64,000 bases of DNA, taken from the IMG/VR virus record IMGVR_UViG_3300007513_000015, positions 35,127-99,126 of that record; one strand, given 5' to 3'. Origin of the DNA: a virus. The notes under the pieces were generated by a model. The model saw nothing but the letters and a program-made list of their open reading frames with translations. It was not told the origin of the DNA and did not search any database. The position numbers were made by a program, and so were the translations under genes. This document shows positions 40,123 to 49,600 of this stretch, piece after piece. Numbering within the stretch: position 1 is the stretch's first letter; every line of letters begins with the position of its first letter.

Positions 40123-41217
40123 ATGAAGTTAAAAACAGAAACTGGCGAAATGTTGGTTTTAGATGAGGAGCAGAACGCTTGGATTAGCGCAGATGCTTCG
40201 TCTGATACTTCTATCAATGTGTCAGAGGCTGAGGAACTTTTAGAAAAAGGGGAACTAGAAATGGTTGCTGAGGATTCTGAAATTACTGAGGCTGACTCTC
40301 TTGAAGAAGCAGAAACACCTAAAGCTAAAGCGTTGAAAAAGAAAAAGATTAAGGCAGATGGTTCTGGCGAAGTCGAAGTAATGGAAGACGAAGAAGAAGA
40401 TGGTGATGAAGCGGATGAAGATGATGACGATGAAGTAGAAGAAACCAAGAAAGCAACAAAAGAAGAAGTAGAGATTGAAGTAGATGTTACTGAGGACGTG
40501 GATGCACTATTCGACGGCCAAGAGTTGACGGAAGACTTCAAGGCTCGTACTACTTTAGTATTTGAAACTGCGGTTAAAGCGAAGGTTAAAGAGAATATTT
40601 CTAAGATTGAAGAGTCTATGGAAGCAAAACTTGCCGAGCAAACTGAATCTATGTTGGAAGATATCACTGCAAAACTAGATGGTTATTTAGACTATATGGT
40701 TACTGAGTGGGTTGAAGATAACAAGGTTGCCGTAGAGAATGGATTAAAGAACGAAATCCTTGAGGGTTTTGTTGGCGGTCTACAAACTCTGTTTGCTGAA
40801 AACTACATTGAAATTCCAGAAGAGAAATACAATGTTGTAGATGAGCAGGCTAAAGAGATTGAAGGTCTGAAAGAAGAGTTAGATGCTGAGATGAATAAAA
40901 ACATCGAAGTTAAGGCTCAACTTGCGGAGACTACTGCCGAAAAGATTTTCAGTGAAGTAACAGAAGAATTAACTATGTCACAGGTAGAGAAGATGAAATC
41001 TCTTGCTGAAGGTGTAGAATTTGATTCTGCTGAAACATATACTGAGAAGTTGAACACTCTAAAGGAAACGTACTTTCCTGGCGAGGCAGAGAAAGAAAAA
41101 GTAATTGCTGAGGATAAATCTGATGCAAAAGCGACTGATGAAGAAATGTCTGCTTCTATGAAAGCAGTAATGGATTCACTTTCACAATCAAGAGAAACAA
41201 GCATTTTAGGTGCTTAA
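40123..41217 (+). CDS. gp22: Prohead scaffold gp22
   Basis: Acidic; VFETAV, DGYLDYMVTEW, KLNTLKETYF; lies between gp21 and gp23. Confidence 0.9.
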   Translation: MKLKTETGEMLVLDEEQNAWISADASSDTSINVSEAEELLEKGELEMVAEDSEITEADSLEEAETPKAKALKKKKIKADGSGEVEVMEDEEEDGDEADEDDDDEVEETKKATKEEVEIEVDVTEDVDALFDGQELTEDFKARTTLVFETAVKAKVKENISKIEESMEAKLAEQTESMLEDITAKLDGYLDYMVTEWVEDNKVAVENGLKNEILEGFVGGLQTLFAENYIEIPEEKYNVVDEQAKEIEGLKEELDAEMNKNIEVKAQLAETTAEKIFSEVTEELTMSQVEKMKSLAEGVEFDSAETYTEKLNTLKETYFPGEAEKEKVIAEDKSDAKATDEEMSASMKAVMDSLSQSRETSILGA

Positions 41218-41245
41218 CATTTATATTTAATAGGAGAAAACGAAA

Positions 41246-42448
41246 ATGTTTTTATCAGAAGAAATTAAAGATAAGTGGCAGCCAGTAATGGAGCACGAGG
41301 ATTTACCAAAAATCCAGGATGCTACAAAGAAGGCAATTACACTTCGTCTTTTAGAAAATCAAGAAACTGCTTTGCAAGAAGCAAACGTAACTGGCGCTAA
41401 TGTTGATAATTGGGATCCAATTCTAATTTCATTAGTACGTAGAACTATGCCACAGCTAATGGCTTATGATACTATCGGTGTTCAACCAATGTCAGGTCCA
41501 ACCGGTCTAATCTTCGCTATGAAGAGTCATTATACTGGTGAGGCTTCTACTGGCGCCGAAGCACTTGCGCTTCCGGCTGGTCAGCCTGATGTTGACTTCT
41601 CAGGTAATGATGGTGCATCACCAGCTACTACTACATACACAACTGCTGATGGCGAGGCTCTAGGTGGCTTTGTTGCAGGTGGTGGAGATTTCAAAGAAAT
41701 GTCTTTCTCAATCGAGAAGTCTAGCGTAACTGCTGGTACTCGTGCGCTTAAAGCCAAGTATTCTTTAGAGCTTGCTCAGGATCTTAAGGCTATCCACGGT
41801 CTGGACGCTGAGTCTGAATTAAGCAACATCCTTTCTGCTGAAATTCTTGCTGAAATCAATCGTGAAGTAATTGAGAAGATTAACTCTCAAGCAACTGCTG
41901 GTGCCGCTTCTGGTACTACTACTGCTGGTACTTTTGATGTTAATGATGCCGCTGATAATCGTGGTGCTCGTTGGGGCGGAGAGCGTTATAAATCTCTTCT
42001 TATCCAGATCAATCGTGAAGCTAACCAAATTGCCTTGAACACTGGACGTGGTCGTGGTAACTGGTTAATTTGTTCACCAGATGTTGCTTCTGCACTTGAT
42101 ATGGTTGCAGGTTTAGCTGAGCCTAATATGTCACTTGATAATGGTATGCAGCCTGACGTTACTAACAACACTTTTGCTGGTGTTCTTGGTGGTAAGTTCA
42201 AGGTATTCATTGATCAGTTCGCAACTAGCGACTATGTGACTGTTGGTTATAAAGGTGCTAATATGTATGATGCAGGTCTTTTCTACTGCCCATATGTACC
42301 TCTACAGTTGATGAAGTCAATTGGTGAGGAAGACTTCCAGCCACGTCTTGGCTTCAAGACTCGTTATGGTCTTACTCATAACCCATATGCTACTGGTGCC
42401 GCTGGTGCTAATCCTTACTTCCGTAAGTTCACTGTTACAGACCTGTAA
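41246..42448 (+). CDS. gp23: Major capsid protein gp23
   Basis: LISLVRR, GVQPMSGPTGLIFAM, ELAQDLKAIHGLDAE, FYCPYVPL, GFKTRYG. Confidence 0.98.
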   Translation: MFLSEEIKDKWQPVMEHEDLPKIQDATKKAITLRLLENQETALQEANVTGANVDNWDPILISLVRRTMPQLMAYDTIGVQPMSGPTGLIFAMKSHYTGEASTGAEALALPAGQPDVDFSGNDGASPATTTYTTADGEALGGFVAGGGDFKEMSFSIEKSSVTAGTRALKAKYSLELAQDLKAIHGLDAESELSNILSAEILAEINREVIEKINSQATAGAASGTTTAGTFDVNDAADNRGARWGGERYKSLLIQINREANQIALNTGRGRGNWLICSPDVASALDMVAGLAEPNMSLDNGMQPDVTNNTFAGVLGGKFKVFIDQFATSDYVTVGYKGANMYDAGLFYCPYVPLQLMKSIGEEDFQPRLGFKTRYGLTHNPYATGAAGANPYFRKFTVTDL

Positions 42449-42491
42449 TAGAGTAGCGAAATAGATTTTCCTTTACCTTAGGAAAACCGTT

Positions 42492-42516
42492 AAACCCCTC
42501 TTCGGAGGGGTTTTTT
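42492..42516 (+). terminator. Rho-independent terminator with cUUCGg tetraloop
   Basis: AAACCCCTC-TTCG-GAGGGGTTTTTT after gp23. Confidence 0.9.
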
Positions 42517-42531
42517 AATGGATCAAGGATA

Positions 42532-42539
42532 TATAAATA
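42532..42539 (+). promoter_or_regulatory. Late promoter TATAAATA
   Basis: Exact consensus just upstream of the ATG at 42545. Confidence 0.7.
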
Positions 42540-42544
42540 ACAGT

Positions 42545-43045
42545 ATGACTACAAGAATTACACCAAACAAAATCAACCAAGCGAAGCCAACTAATTTTAT
42601 GTTGAATATACACGCTTTGCCTGATACTTCATTCTGGCTAACAACAGTAAATATACCTACTATATCTGCTAATGAGGTGCCTATTCCTAATCCTGTTCAC
42701 GGATACAAATATCTACCAACAAATACAATCGTTTGGGCTCCAATGACTCTGACATTCCTTGTAGATGAAGATTATGCCAATTATTATGAATTAATGCAAT
42801 GGATGAATCGACAGGCAGGCGGTGATATATCAAAAAGAGATAATGACGTTTCAAATCTTGTCACCACGGGAAGTATACATATACTATCAAATAATAAAAA
42901 TGTATCTGAAACGATCTTCACGTTTCATAATTTGTTTCCTACGATTATTGGTGAACTACAAATGCAGACTGATACGGCTGAACCTCTTCTCACTGATGTA
43001 ACTCTACAATACGACTGGATGGAAATGGAGAAGAAAAACATTTGA
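42545..43045 (+). CDS. gp3: Tail completion/tube terminator gp3
   Basis: VNIP, LTFLVDED..NYYEL..WM, FHNLFPT; follows gp23. Confidence 0.8.
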   Translation: MTTRITPNKINQAKPTNFMLNIHALPDTSFWLTTVNIPTISANEVPIPNPVHGYKYLPTNTIVWAPMTLTFLVDEDYANYYELMQWMNRQAGGDISKRDNDVSNLVTTGSIHILSNNKNVSETIFTFHNLFPTIIGELQMQTDTAEPLLTDVTLQYDWMEMEKKNI

Positions 43046-43070
43046 CAATCCATTCCAAATGATGTATAAT
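43042..43070 (+). promoter_or_regulatory. Sigma70-type early promoter
   Basis: TTGACA-17-TATAAT upstream of uvsY. Confidence 0.85.
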
Positions 43071-43077
43071 ATACTCT

Positions 43078-43488
43078 ATGAAAATAGAAGAACTTGAAAA
43101 AGCAGTAGAAAAAGACTTATATATAGATGAAACAATTCTAGCAAAAGAATCACTAGCAACACCAACAAAACACAACAAATATCTCAAGATGTTGTTGCGT
43201 GAGAGGTTGAAGTTGAAAAAATTACAGAATGAGTTGTATAAAGTGTCTCTTGGTAGAACTAACTACTATAATGGTAATGATCCTGATCCTTATGAATATG
43301 TTCTAAAGGATAGAGAAGTAAAGGATTATGTTAGAGTTGATCCAGTAGTTGTAGCAGAAGAAGCTAAAGTAACTCTTCAAGAGGAGTTGGTGAAGTATCT
43401 CGAAGAAATATGTAAGATGTTTGAAAGACGTGGTTTTGCTATCAAATCCGCCATAGATTTTATGAAATTTACGCAAGGTGAATATTAG
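43078..43488 (+). CDS. uvsY: Recombination mediator UvsY
   Basis: ESLATPTKHNKYL, YYNG, RGFAIKSAIDFMKF. Confidence 0.88.
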   Translation: MKIEELEKAVEKDLYIDETILAKESLATPTKHNKYLKMLLRERLKLKKLQNELYKVSLGRTNYYNGNDPDPYEYVLKDREVKDYVRVDPVVVAEEAKVTLQEELVKYLEEICKMFERRGFAIKSAIDFMKFTQGEY

Positions 43489-43491
43489 ATA

Positions 43492-44979
43492 ATGAGTGAT
43501 ATTGTTGTACATCAAAAGGATGATGTATTTCTACAGATAGAAAGTGAGGCTGGAATAGCACACGATTTATCAGACTTCTTCACGTTCAAAGTACCAGGAT
43601 ATAAGTTTATGCCTGCGTATCGTTCAAGAGCGTGGGATGGAAAAATTCGTCTATTCAGTGTATTTGGTGGTGAACTGTATGTTGGTCTACTGCCTTATGT
43701 TATTGAATTTGCAGAACGTAGAAATCTAACGATTGAATATCCGAAGAAAACAGCAAAAGTCACGCCAGAAGAAACTGCTAAATTCTTGATGGGCCTGAAT
43801 CCTCACGTAAATAAGAAAGCAATCACTCCTTATGATTATCAGATGGCTGCGGTCCATCACGCAATCAATCAAGATAGAGCATTGATGATATCACCAACGT
43901 CCTCGGGTAAGTCCTTTATGATTTACGCACTGGTGAATTGGTATCTAACTAAGATTAAGAGAAAGATTCTTATTATTGTTCCCACCACATCATTAGTAGA
44001 ACAACTATATAAAGACTTTGAGGACTACTCAACATCGAATGATGATCATACATTCATCTATAGTAATGACATTACTCATCGGATATACTCCGGAAAAGAG
44101 AAAAACACTACAAAGTCCGTGGTTATCACAACCTGGCAAAGTATCTATAAGTTGAAGAAAGATTGGTTCCAGCAATTTGATGTTGTGATTGGTGATGAAG
44201 CCCATAATTTCAAGGCTAAGAGCCTAACATCAATTCTCACTAAAATGACGAATTGTAAATATAAGTTCGGTTTCACTGGAACTCTTGACGGAACAACAAC
44301 ACACAAACTTGTCCTAGAGGGCCTGTTTGGACCAATCAAGAAAGTTATCACAACCAAAGAATTGATGGACTCTGATACAATCAGTCAATTACATATTGAA
44401 GCTATCACACTGAATTATAAAGACGAAGAAAAAAAGCACGTTAAGAATCTAATATACAAGGATGAGATCGACTGGCTTATAAGTAATACAAAAAGAAATA
44501 AATTCATTTGTGATTTGACCATTTCGAGAGAAAACAACACGCTTGTATTATTTCAATTCGTAGAGAAACACGGAAAGAAACTCTATTCATATCTACAGCA
44601 AATGGCACCAGATAGACCTATATTTTTCGTGAGTGGTTCAATTAAAACAGAAGTAAGAGAGGAAATACGTGAGATTACAGAACGGTCTACAAACGCTATT
44701 ATCGTGGCTAGTTACGGTACTTTTTCTACTGGGATTAATATTAGGAATCTCCATAATATTATTTTTGCTCATCCCTCTAAGTCTAGGATTCGTAATCTAC
44801 AGTCTGTTGGTCGAGTTCTTCGGAAATCCGATGGGAAAAACAAGGCCACCCTATTCGATATAAGCGATGATTTATCTTGGAAAAAGCATAAAAACTTTTC
44901 ACTCAAGCATTTCCTAGAAAGAGTGAAGATATATAATACTGAAAAATTTGATTATAAACTAAGGAGCATTAAATTATGA
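43492..44979 (+). CDS. uvsW: SF2 helicase UvsW
   Basis: WDGKIRL, SPTSSGKS, DEAH, GFTGT, FSTGINI, QSVGRVLR. Confidence 0.95.
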   Translation: MSDIVVHQKDDVFLQIESEAGIAHDLSDFFTFKVPGYKFMPAYRSRAWDGKIRLFSVFGGELYVGLLPYVIEFAERRNLTIEYPKKTAKVTPEETAKFLMGLNPHVNKKAITPYDYQMAAVHHAINQDRALMISPTSSGKSFMIYALVNWYLTKIKRKILIIVPTTSLVEQLYKDFEDYSTSNDDHTFIYSNDITHRIYSGKEKNTTKSVVITTWQSIYKLKKDWFQQFDVVIGDEAHNFKAKSLTSILTKMTNCKYKFGFTGTLDGTTTHKLVLEGLFGPIKKVITTKELMDSDTISQLHIEAITLNYKDEEKKHVKNLIYKDEIDWLISNTKRNKFICDLTISRENNTLVLFQFVEKHGKKLYSYLQQMAPDRPIFFVSGSIKTEVREEIREITERSTNAIIVASYGTFSTGINIRNLHNIIFAHPSKSRIRNLQSVGRVLRKSDGKNKATLFDISDDLSWKKHKNFSLKHFLERVKIYNTEKFDYKLRSIKL

Positions 44980-45290
44980 GTACAGAAGTACAAAAAGCAA
45001 CAGTACATTTGAAACACACTGGCGTAGAATTGATTTGTGACATTGTAGAATTCAATGAAGAAAACAAGGCTATCACAATCAAGGATCCCGCAACACTCCA
45101 GATGATTAGTGCTGATGGAAACTCATCACAAATGGGATTGATGCCATTCCTTTTAACCTGTAAGGATAATGTGATTCATCTAGCACTTCAAGATATCCTC
45201 TTTATTGCAGACACAAAAGATGAAATTGCGGATCAACATACACAAATGTTTAGTCCTATCGATTTACCAAATCAAAAAATAATTACATAA
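44976..45290 (+). CDS. Hypothetical protein (Sm-like beta fold possible)
   Basis: LKHTGVELIC...PFL pattern; usual position between uvsW and gp55. Confidence 0.6.
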   Translation: MSTEVQKATVHLKHTGVELICDIVEFNEENKAITIKDPATLQMISADGNSSQMGLMPFLLTCKDNVIHLALQDILFIADTKDEIADQHTQMFSPIDLPNQKIIT

Positions 45291-45295
45291 AATAC

Positions 45296-45349
45296 TTGAC
45301 ATTCATATAAGTATAGTGTATAATACTTGAAAAATTGTACATATAAATA
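45296..45349 (+). promoter_or_regulatory. Sigma70 promoter (TTGACA-17-TATAAT) plus late promoter, both facing a non-coding region
   Basis: 45296-45324 and TATAAATA 45342-45349; no ORF downstream for ~590 bp. Confidence 0.8.
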
Positions 45350-45355
45350 AATCTG

Positions 45356-45594
45356 CCTGGGATACGAAAACCAGGATAGTAGCGAAAGCGAAGTGAGCAG
45401 ACTATAATATCTTAAACGCAATTAGATTGAGGTCTGTGGATTGATGCACCGTACAAGTGCTAGATATCTGAAATAATCGTGTCAGGACTTTCACCACATA
45501 ATGGTATCATATAGTCCAGTAGAGATGGTTGAATTGACAACCAGTGGCAAACAGGATCCCGTAACCTGTCTCTATAAGTCTACCTGTATCTAAT
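45356..45594 (+). ncRNA. Putative structured non-coding RNA
   Basis: Nested complementary segments (CCTGG/CCAGG, ATAGT/ACTAT, GCAC/GTGC, CTGA/TCAG, GGACT/AGTCC, TGGTTG/CAACCA, ACAGG/CCTGT, TAGAG/CTCTA, ATTAGAT/ATCTAAT) behind two promoters. Confidence 0.5.
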
Positions 45595-45687
45595 GAATTC
45601 GAAAATATATAATATGAAAAACAAATAAACTGGAGCGAACGAAGTGAGCGACACTGGTCGAACGAAGTGAGACCAGAGTTAGAGAAC

Positions 45688-45772
45688 TGTCCTAAAACTA
45701 TAGGATTGATGTAATAATTTATCCTTACATTGTCCTAAAACTATAGGATTGATGTAATAATTTATCCTTACA
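45688..45772. repeat. Two identical 42-bp iteron-like repeats with internal palindromes
   Basis: TGTCCTAAAACTATAGGATTGATGTAATAATTTATCCTTACA at 45688-45729 and 45731-45772. Confidence 0.92.
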
Positions 45773-45879
45773 CTTTCTATAGGATCATTACACATTAGGA
45801 CACAACCCTAAGAACCAATCTCGCTTCGCTCGATTGGTCCTCCTTCGCTTCGCTCAGTCGGTTTTCTTTGATTTTAGTA

Positions 45880-45908
45880 TTGACTTTTTCTATATTTTAT
45901 GATATAAT
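45880..45908 (+). promoter_or_regulatory. Sigma70-type promoter for gp55
   Basis: TTGACT-17-TATAAT with extended TG. Confidence 0.75.
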
Positions 45909-45943
45909 TGTATCTAATAACTACTATAAATGGAGATAGGAAA

Positions 45944-46561
45944 GTGACTAAAAAGACTGAAAAACCAGTTGATGAAGATAACAAGAACCATTACATTAAT
46001 AACAAAGAGTTTCTTGCGGCTCTTATTGAATACCAAAAGGACATTAGGGAGGCAGAAGAACAGAACCTTCCTAAACCTTATGTTACTGAGTACATTGCTA
46101 CGTGTTTTCTACAGATAGCACAAAGACTTTCCTATCGACCTAATTTTATTAACTACACTTATAAGGATGATATGATTTCTGACGGATTAGAGAATTGCCT
46201 TGCGTATATGCATAACTTTAATCCCGACAAGTCGGATAATCCTTTTGCGTATTTCACACAAATCATTTACTACGCCTTCCTAAGACGAATCCAGAAAGAG
46301 AAAAAACAACAGTACATCAAGTACAAATACTTTGATGAAGGTGGTGGTTTTGAACAAATGGATGAACTTCAAGAACACGATAAGGATTCTTTTGACTACA
46401 TTAATGACCGGGGTTCAGTGGATTTTCATACACACATTAAAGAATTTATTGATGATATGGAGAAGAAAGAAGCCGAAAAGATTGCTAAACGAGAAGCAAA
46501 GAGAGCGGAGAAAGAAAAACGCGGTTCTTCCCTTGACTTTTTTATGACTCCTGTCGTATGA
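45944..46561 (+). CDS. gp55: Late sigma factor gp55
   Basis: HYINNKEFL, RPNFINYTYKDDMISDG, NPFAYFTQIIYYAFLRRIQKEKKQ; GTG start after GGAGA. Confidence 0.95.
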   Translation: MTKKTEKPVDEDNKNHYINNKEFLAALIEYQKDIREAEEQNLPKPYVTEYIATCFLQIAQRLSYRPNFINYTYKDDMISDGLENCLAYMHNFNPDKSDNPFAYFTQIIYYAFLRRIQKEKKQQYIKYKYFDEGGGFEQMDELQEHDKDSFDYINDRGSVDFHTHIKEFIDDMEKKEAEKIAKREAKRAEKEKRGSSLDFFMTPVV

Positions 46562-47601
46562 GTAAGGTAGCAATAATCACAGACACCCACTTTGGTGCCA
46601 GAAATGATAGTCAAGCATTTTCAGATTATTTTTATAAATTTTGGAATGAAATATTCTTTCCTTATTTGATTGAAAATGATATTAAAGAAATCATTCACTG
46701 TGGTGACTTGATGGACAGACGGAAGTATGTCAACTTTGATACTCTCAATAGGATGAGAAAAGAATTCATTCAGCCTATGAAAGATAATTGTATCACTATG
46801 CATACCATTGTAGGTAACCACGATACTTATTTTAAGAATACAGTAGAGGTTAACTCAGTAGAACAATTATTTGATATTTACGATGTTGAAGGCTCTCCTA
46901 TTGTAGCATATAGTAAACCATTCACAGTTAAGTTAATTGATGGATATAAGGTTGATATGATACCTTGGATCAATCAAGAGAACGAATCAGAGGTGATGGA
47001 GTTTATTGATAAAACAAAATCAACTATTTCCTTTGGACATTTTGATTTGAGTGGATTCGAAATGCATAAGGGAGTTAAATCAGCATATCATTCAATGAAA
47101 TCTGACTTTCTGAATGGATACGATACAGTGTATTCAGGTCATTTTCATACCAAAAGTGATAATGGTCATATCTACTATCTAGGTAACACATATGAAATGA
47201 CTTGGTCGGATCACAATGACAAGAGGGGTTTTCACATCTTTGATACAGAAACCCTTGAATGTGAGCATATCATAAATCCATTTATTATGCACTCAAAAAT
47301 TATTTATGATGATAGTGATTTGGGTGACCTAGATAAATATGAGGGAAGAATTGTTAAACTGATTGTTGATAAGAAAGAGGACATTGAGTATTTCAACAAT
47401 GTAGTTGATATTCTCCAGAGAGATTGTGAGAACCTCACAATCATTGAGGACTTCGGATTGTTATCTTCTAGTCAGATTGAATTTGAGGCAGAAGATACAA
47501 TAACCACATTAAATAACTATGTGGATAATTTAAGTATAGATAATGGTAAAGAAGTAAAGAAAATTCTACACGAGGTATATGTGGAAGCACTTGCAATATA
47601 G
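46558..47601 (+). CDS. gp47: Recombination endonuclease gp47 (Mre11/SbcD-like)
   Basis: DTHFG, GDLMD, GNHD, GHF, SGHFH phosphoesterase motifs. Confidence 0.95.
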   Translation: MSKVAIITDTHFGARNDSQAFSDYFYKFWNEIFFPYLIENDIKEIIHCGDLMDRRKYVNFDTLNRMRKEFIQPMKDNCITMHTIVGNHDTYFKNTVEVNSVEQLFDIYDVEGSPIVAYSKPFTVKLIDGYKVDMIPWINQENESEVMEFIDKTKSTISFGHFDLSGFEMHKGVKSAYHSMKSDFLNGYDTVYSGHFHTKSDNGHIYYLGNTYEMTWSDHNDKRGFHIFDTETLECEHIINPFIMHSKIIYDDSDLGDLDKYEGRIVKLIVDKKEDIEYFNNVVDILQRDCENLTIIEDFGLLSSSQIEFEAEDTITTLNNYVDNLSIDNGKEVKKILHEVYVEALAI

Positions 47602-47610
47602 GAGAGAAAA

Positions 47611-47790
47611 ATGAGTAAGTTAAACAACCACGAAATTGATATTCAATTGGAAGAGTATGAAGATGGACAAGAATCAACAGAAGCCATAGATGAGTATGTT
47701 GATGAACAAACAAATCTTGATTACTTGAGTGATATTAATGAAATGAGTGTTGAGTCTATGGCCAAACAAATTCTTGACAAAGAGGTTTAA
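47611..47790 (+). CDS. Small, highly acidic hypothetical protein (59 aa, absent from the ORF track)
   Basis: AGGAGA RBS; MSKLNNHEIDIQLEEYEDGQESTEAIDEYVDEQ... Confidence 0.65.
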   Translation: MSKLNNHEIDIQLEEYEDGQESTEAIDEYVDEQTNLDYLSDINEMSVESMAKQILDKEV

Positions 47791-47802
47791 ATCTGATATA
47801 AT
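47774..47802 (+). promoter_or_regulatory. Sigma70-type promoter for gp46
   Basis: TTGACA-17-TATAAT. Confidence 0.8.
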
Positions 47803-47810
47803 ACCTATCT

Positions 47811-49478
47811 ATGATAACATTCAAAACTGTAAGATATAAGAATTTCCTTTCCACAGGAAATAAGTTTTCTGAAATCAAGATTGATAATTCCCGCACCACC
47901 CTAATGATTGGGACAAATGGTGCGGGAAAGTCAACTTTTATGGATGCAATATCCTTTGGGTTGTTTGGCAAACCATTCAGAAAGATCAAACTAGGACAAT
48001 TAGTCAATAGCATAAACAATAAGAATTGTCAAGTAGAACTTGAGTTTTCTGTCGGCAATAAGGATTTTTTAATCAGACGAGGACTCAAGCCAGCAAAATT
48101 TGAAATCTATATTGATGGTGAAATGAAAGACCAAGATGCTAAGGCGAAAGATCAACAAGATTTCCTAGAGCGTTATGTTCTAAAGATGAATGAGAAATCA
48201 TTTAGACAAATTGTTGTGCTTGGTTCTGGATCATTTGTTCCATTTATGAGATTATCAGCAGGTGATAGACGTTCTATTATTGAGGAATTGCTTGATATTC
48301 AGATTTTTTCTGTTATGAATGATTTGGTCAAAAGTCGTATAGGTGACAACAAAGGGGGTATCACTGATGTGGCTCATAGAATAGAGTTGCTTGAACAAAG
48401 TATCCAGATTCAAGAGAACCACCTGAAAGAACTTCAGGAGAATAAAGAAGAGAGTATTATAACAAAACGTGCTGAAATAACCCGTTGTAATGAGCAGATT
48501 GAGGAGATTAATACTGAAATTTCTAAGTTGAAGAGTAGTGTTACCGATTATAAAGTTAAGCAGGAAAAGCATAAGAAACTAAGGAATTACTCAACTTCAT
48601 TCAAAAGTAAAAAACAAAATGTATCTAAACAGTTAGAGTTGGTAACCAATCATAAAGAGTGTCCTGCTTGTAAACAAGATATTGATGATAAGCATAGAGC
48701 TGAGGTGACTAAGAAACTAACTAAAGAGGAAAATGAACTTATCACAGCAATGGAAGATATTGCTAGTGAGATAGAAAAGGTCACTGATCGCATCAATGAG
48801 ATTGAGAGTATCCTTCTTCAAATAACCAATAAAAATAGTTCTATAACGGGTATTAATGAGTATATTAATAGACTCACAATGGATCTTGAAATTGATATCG
48901 AGGAGAAGGAAATTAATGTTGATACTAAAGAAATAGATTCCAAGAAGATACAACTTGACGCTGAGAGGGAAACAAAGTATACTTTACAGGAAAGTAGCCA
49001 TCATCTGAATACTGTTCAGGAGTTGTTGAAGGATTCTGGTATCAAGACTGTTATCATTCGCAACTACTTGCCGCTGATTAACCAATTAATTAACAAGTAT
49101 CTTTCTGAATTGAACTTCTATATCAACTTTGAGTTGGATGAGGCATTCAACGAGACCATCAAGAGTCGTGGTCGTGATGCGTTCCAATACGGATCATTCT
49201 CCGAGGGAGAGAAGTTGAGAATTGACCTAGCACTCTTATTTACTTGGAGAGAAGTTGCTAAGTTGAAATCTTCGGTGGCTACCAATCTATTGATTCTTGA
49301 TGAAATATTTGATTCAAGTCTGGACACAACTGGTATCGAGGACTTCCTAGGAATTCTCAACTCTCTTGGTGAAGAGACCAACACATTTGTCATATCACAC
49401 AAGGGGGACCAGATTCTTGACAAGTTTGGACGTGTGATTTATGTTGAAAAAGAGAAAAATTTTAGCAGAATTTCTTAA
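47811..49478 (+). CDS. gp46: Recombination ATPase gp46 (Rad50/SbcC-like)
   Basis: KNFLSTGN, GTNGAGKST, CPAC hook, FSEGEK, LILDEIFD, ISH. Confidence 0.96.
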   Translation: MITFKTVRYKNFLSTGNKFSEIKIDNSRTTLMIGTNGAGKSTFMDAISFGLFGKPFRKIKLGQLVNSINNKNCQVELEFSVGNKDFLIRRGLKPAKFEIYIDGEMKDQDAKAKDQQDFLERYVLKMNEKSFRQIVVLGSGSFVPFMRLSAGDRRSIIEELLDIQIFSVMNDLVKSRIGDNKGGITDVAHRIELLEQSIQIQENHLKELQENKEESIITKRAEITRCNEQIEEINTEISKLKSSVTDYKVKQEKHKKLRNYSTSFKSKKQNVSKQLELVTNHKECPACKQDIDDKHRAEVTKKLTKEENELITAMEDIASEIEKVTDRINEIESILLQITNKNSSITGINEYINRLTMDLEIDIEEKEINVDTKEIDSKKIQLDAERETKYTLQESSHHLNTVQELLKDSGIKTVIIRNYLPLINQLINKYLSELNFYINFELDEAFNETIKSRGRDAFQYGSFSEGEKLRIDLALLFTWREVAKLKSSVATNLLILDEIFDSSLDTTGIEDFLGILNSLGEETNTFVISHKGDQILDKFGRVIYVEKEKNFSRIS

Positions 49479-49539
49479 CAATCATCATATTTCGTTAAAA
49501 ATCAACAACATACACTATAGATTATTTTTGGTAAAGGGG

Positions 49540-49582
49540 TTGACACTGCCTTGAATCCGTGTATAATATGTATTGTTGATTG
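49540..49582 (+). promoter_or_regulatory. Early promoter, copy 1 of an identical 43-bp element
   Basis: TTGACACTGCCTTGAATCCGTGTATAATATGTATTGTTGATTG. Confidence 0.85.
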
Positions 49583-49600
49583 AGAAAACGGAGACAAAAT

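Noticed and set aside
40086-40667. Long antisense Ser-rich ORFs (also 50017-50475 and 58413-58949)
   Set aside because: They are shadows of acidic GAA/GAT-rich sense genes, with no RBS or recognisable motifs
45484-45497. Minus-strand GGTGAAAGTCC resembling RNase P or group II intron motifs
   Set aside because: No P4 partner, domain V or reverse transcriptase recognised; the promoters point to the + strand
45688-45772. 42-bp repeats as a mini CRISPR array
   Set aside because: The copies are separated by a single base, so there is no spacer, and no cas genes are present
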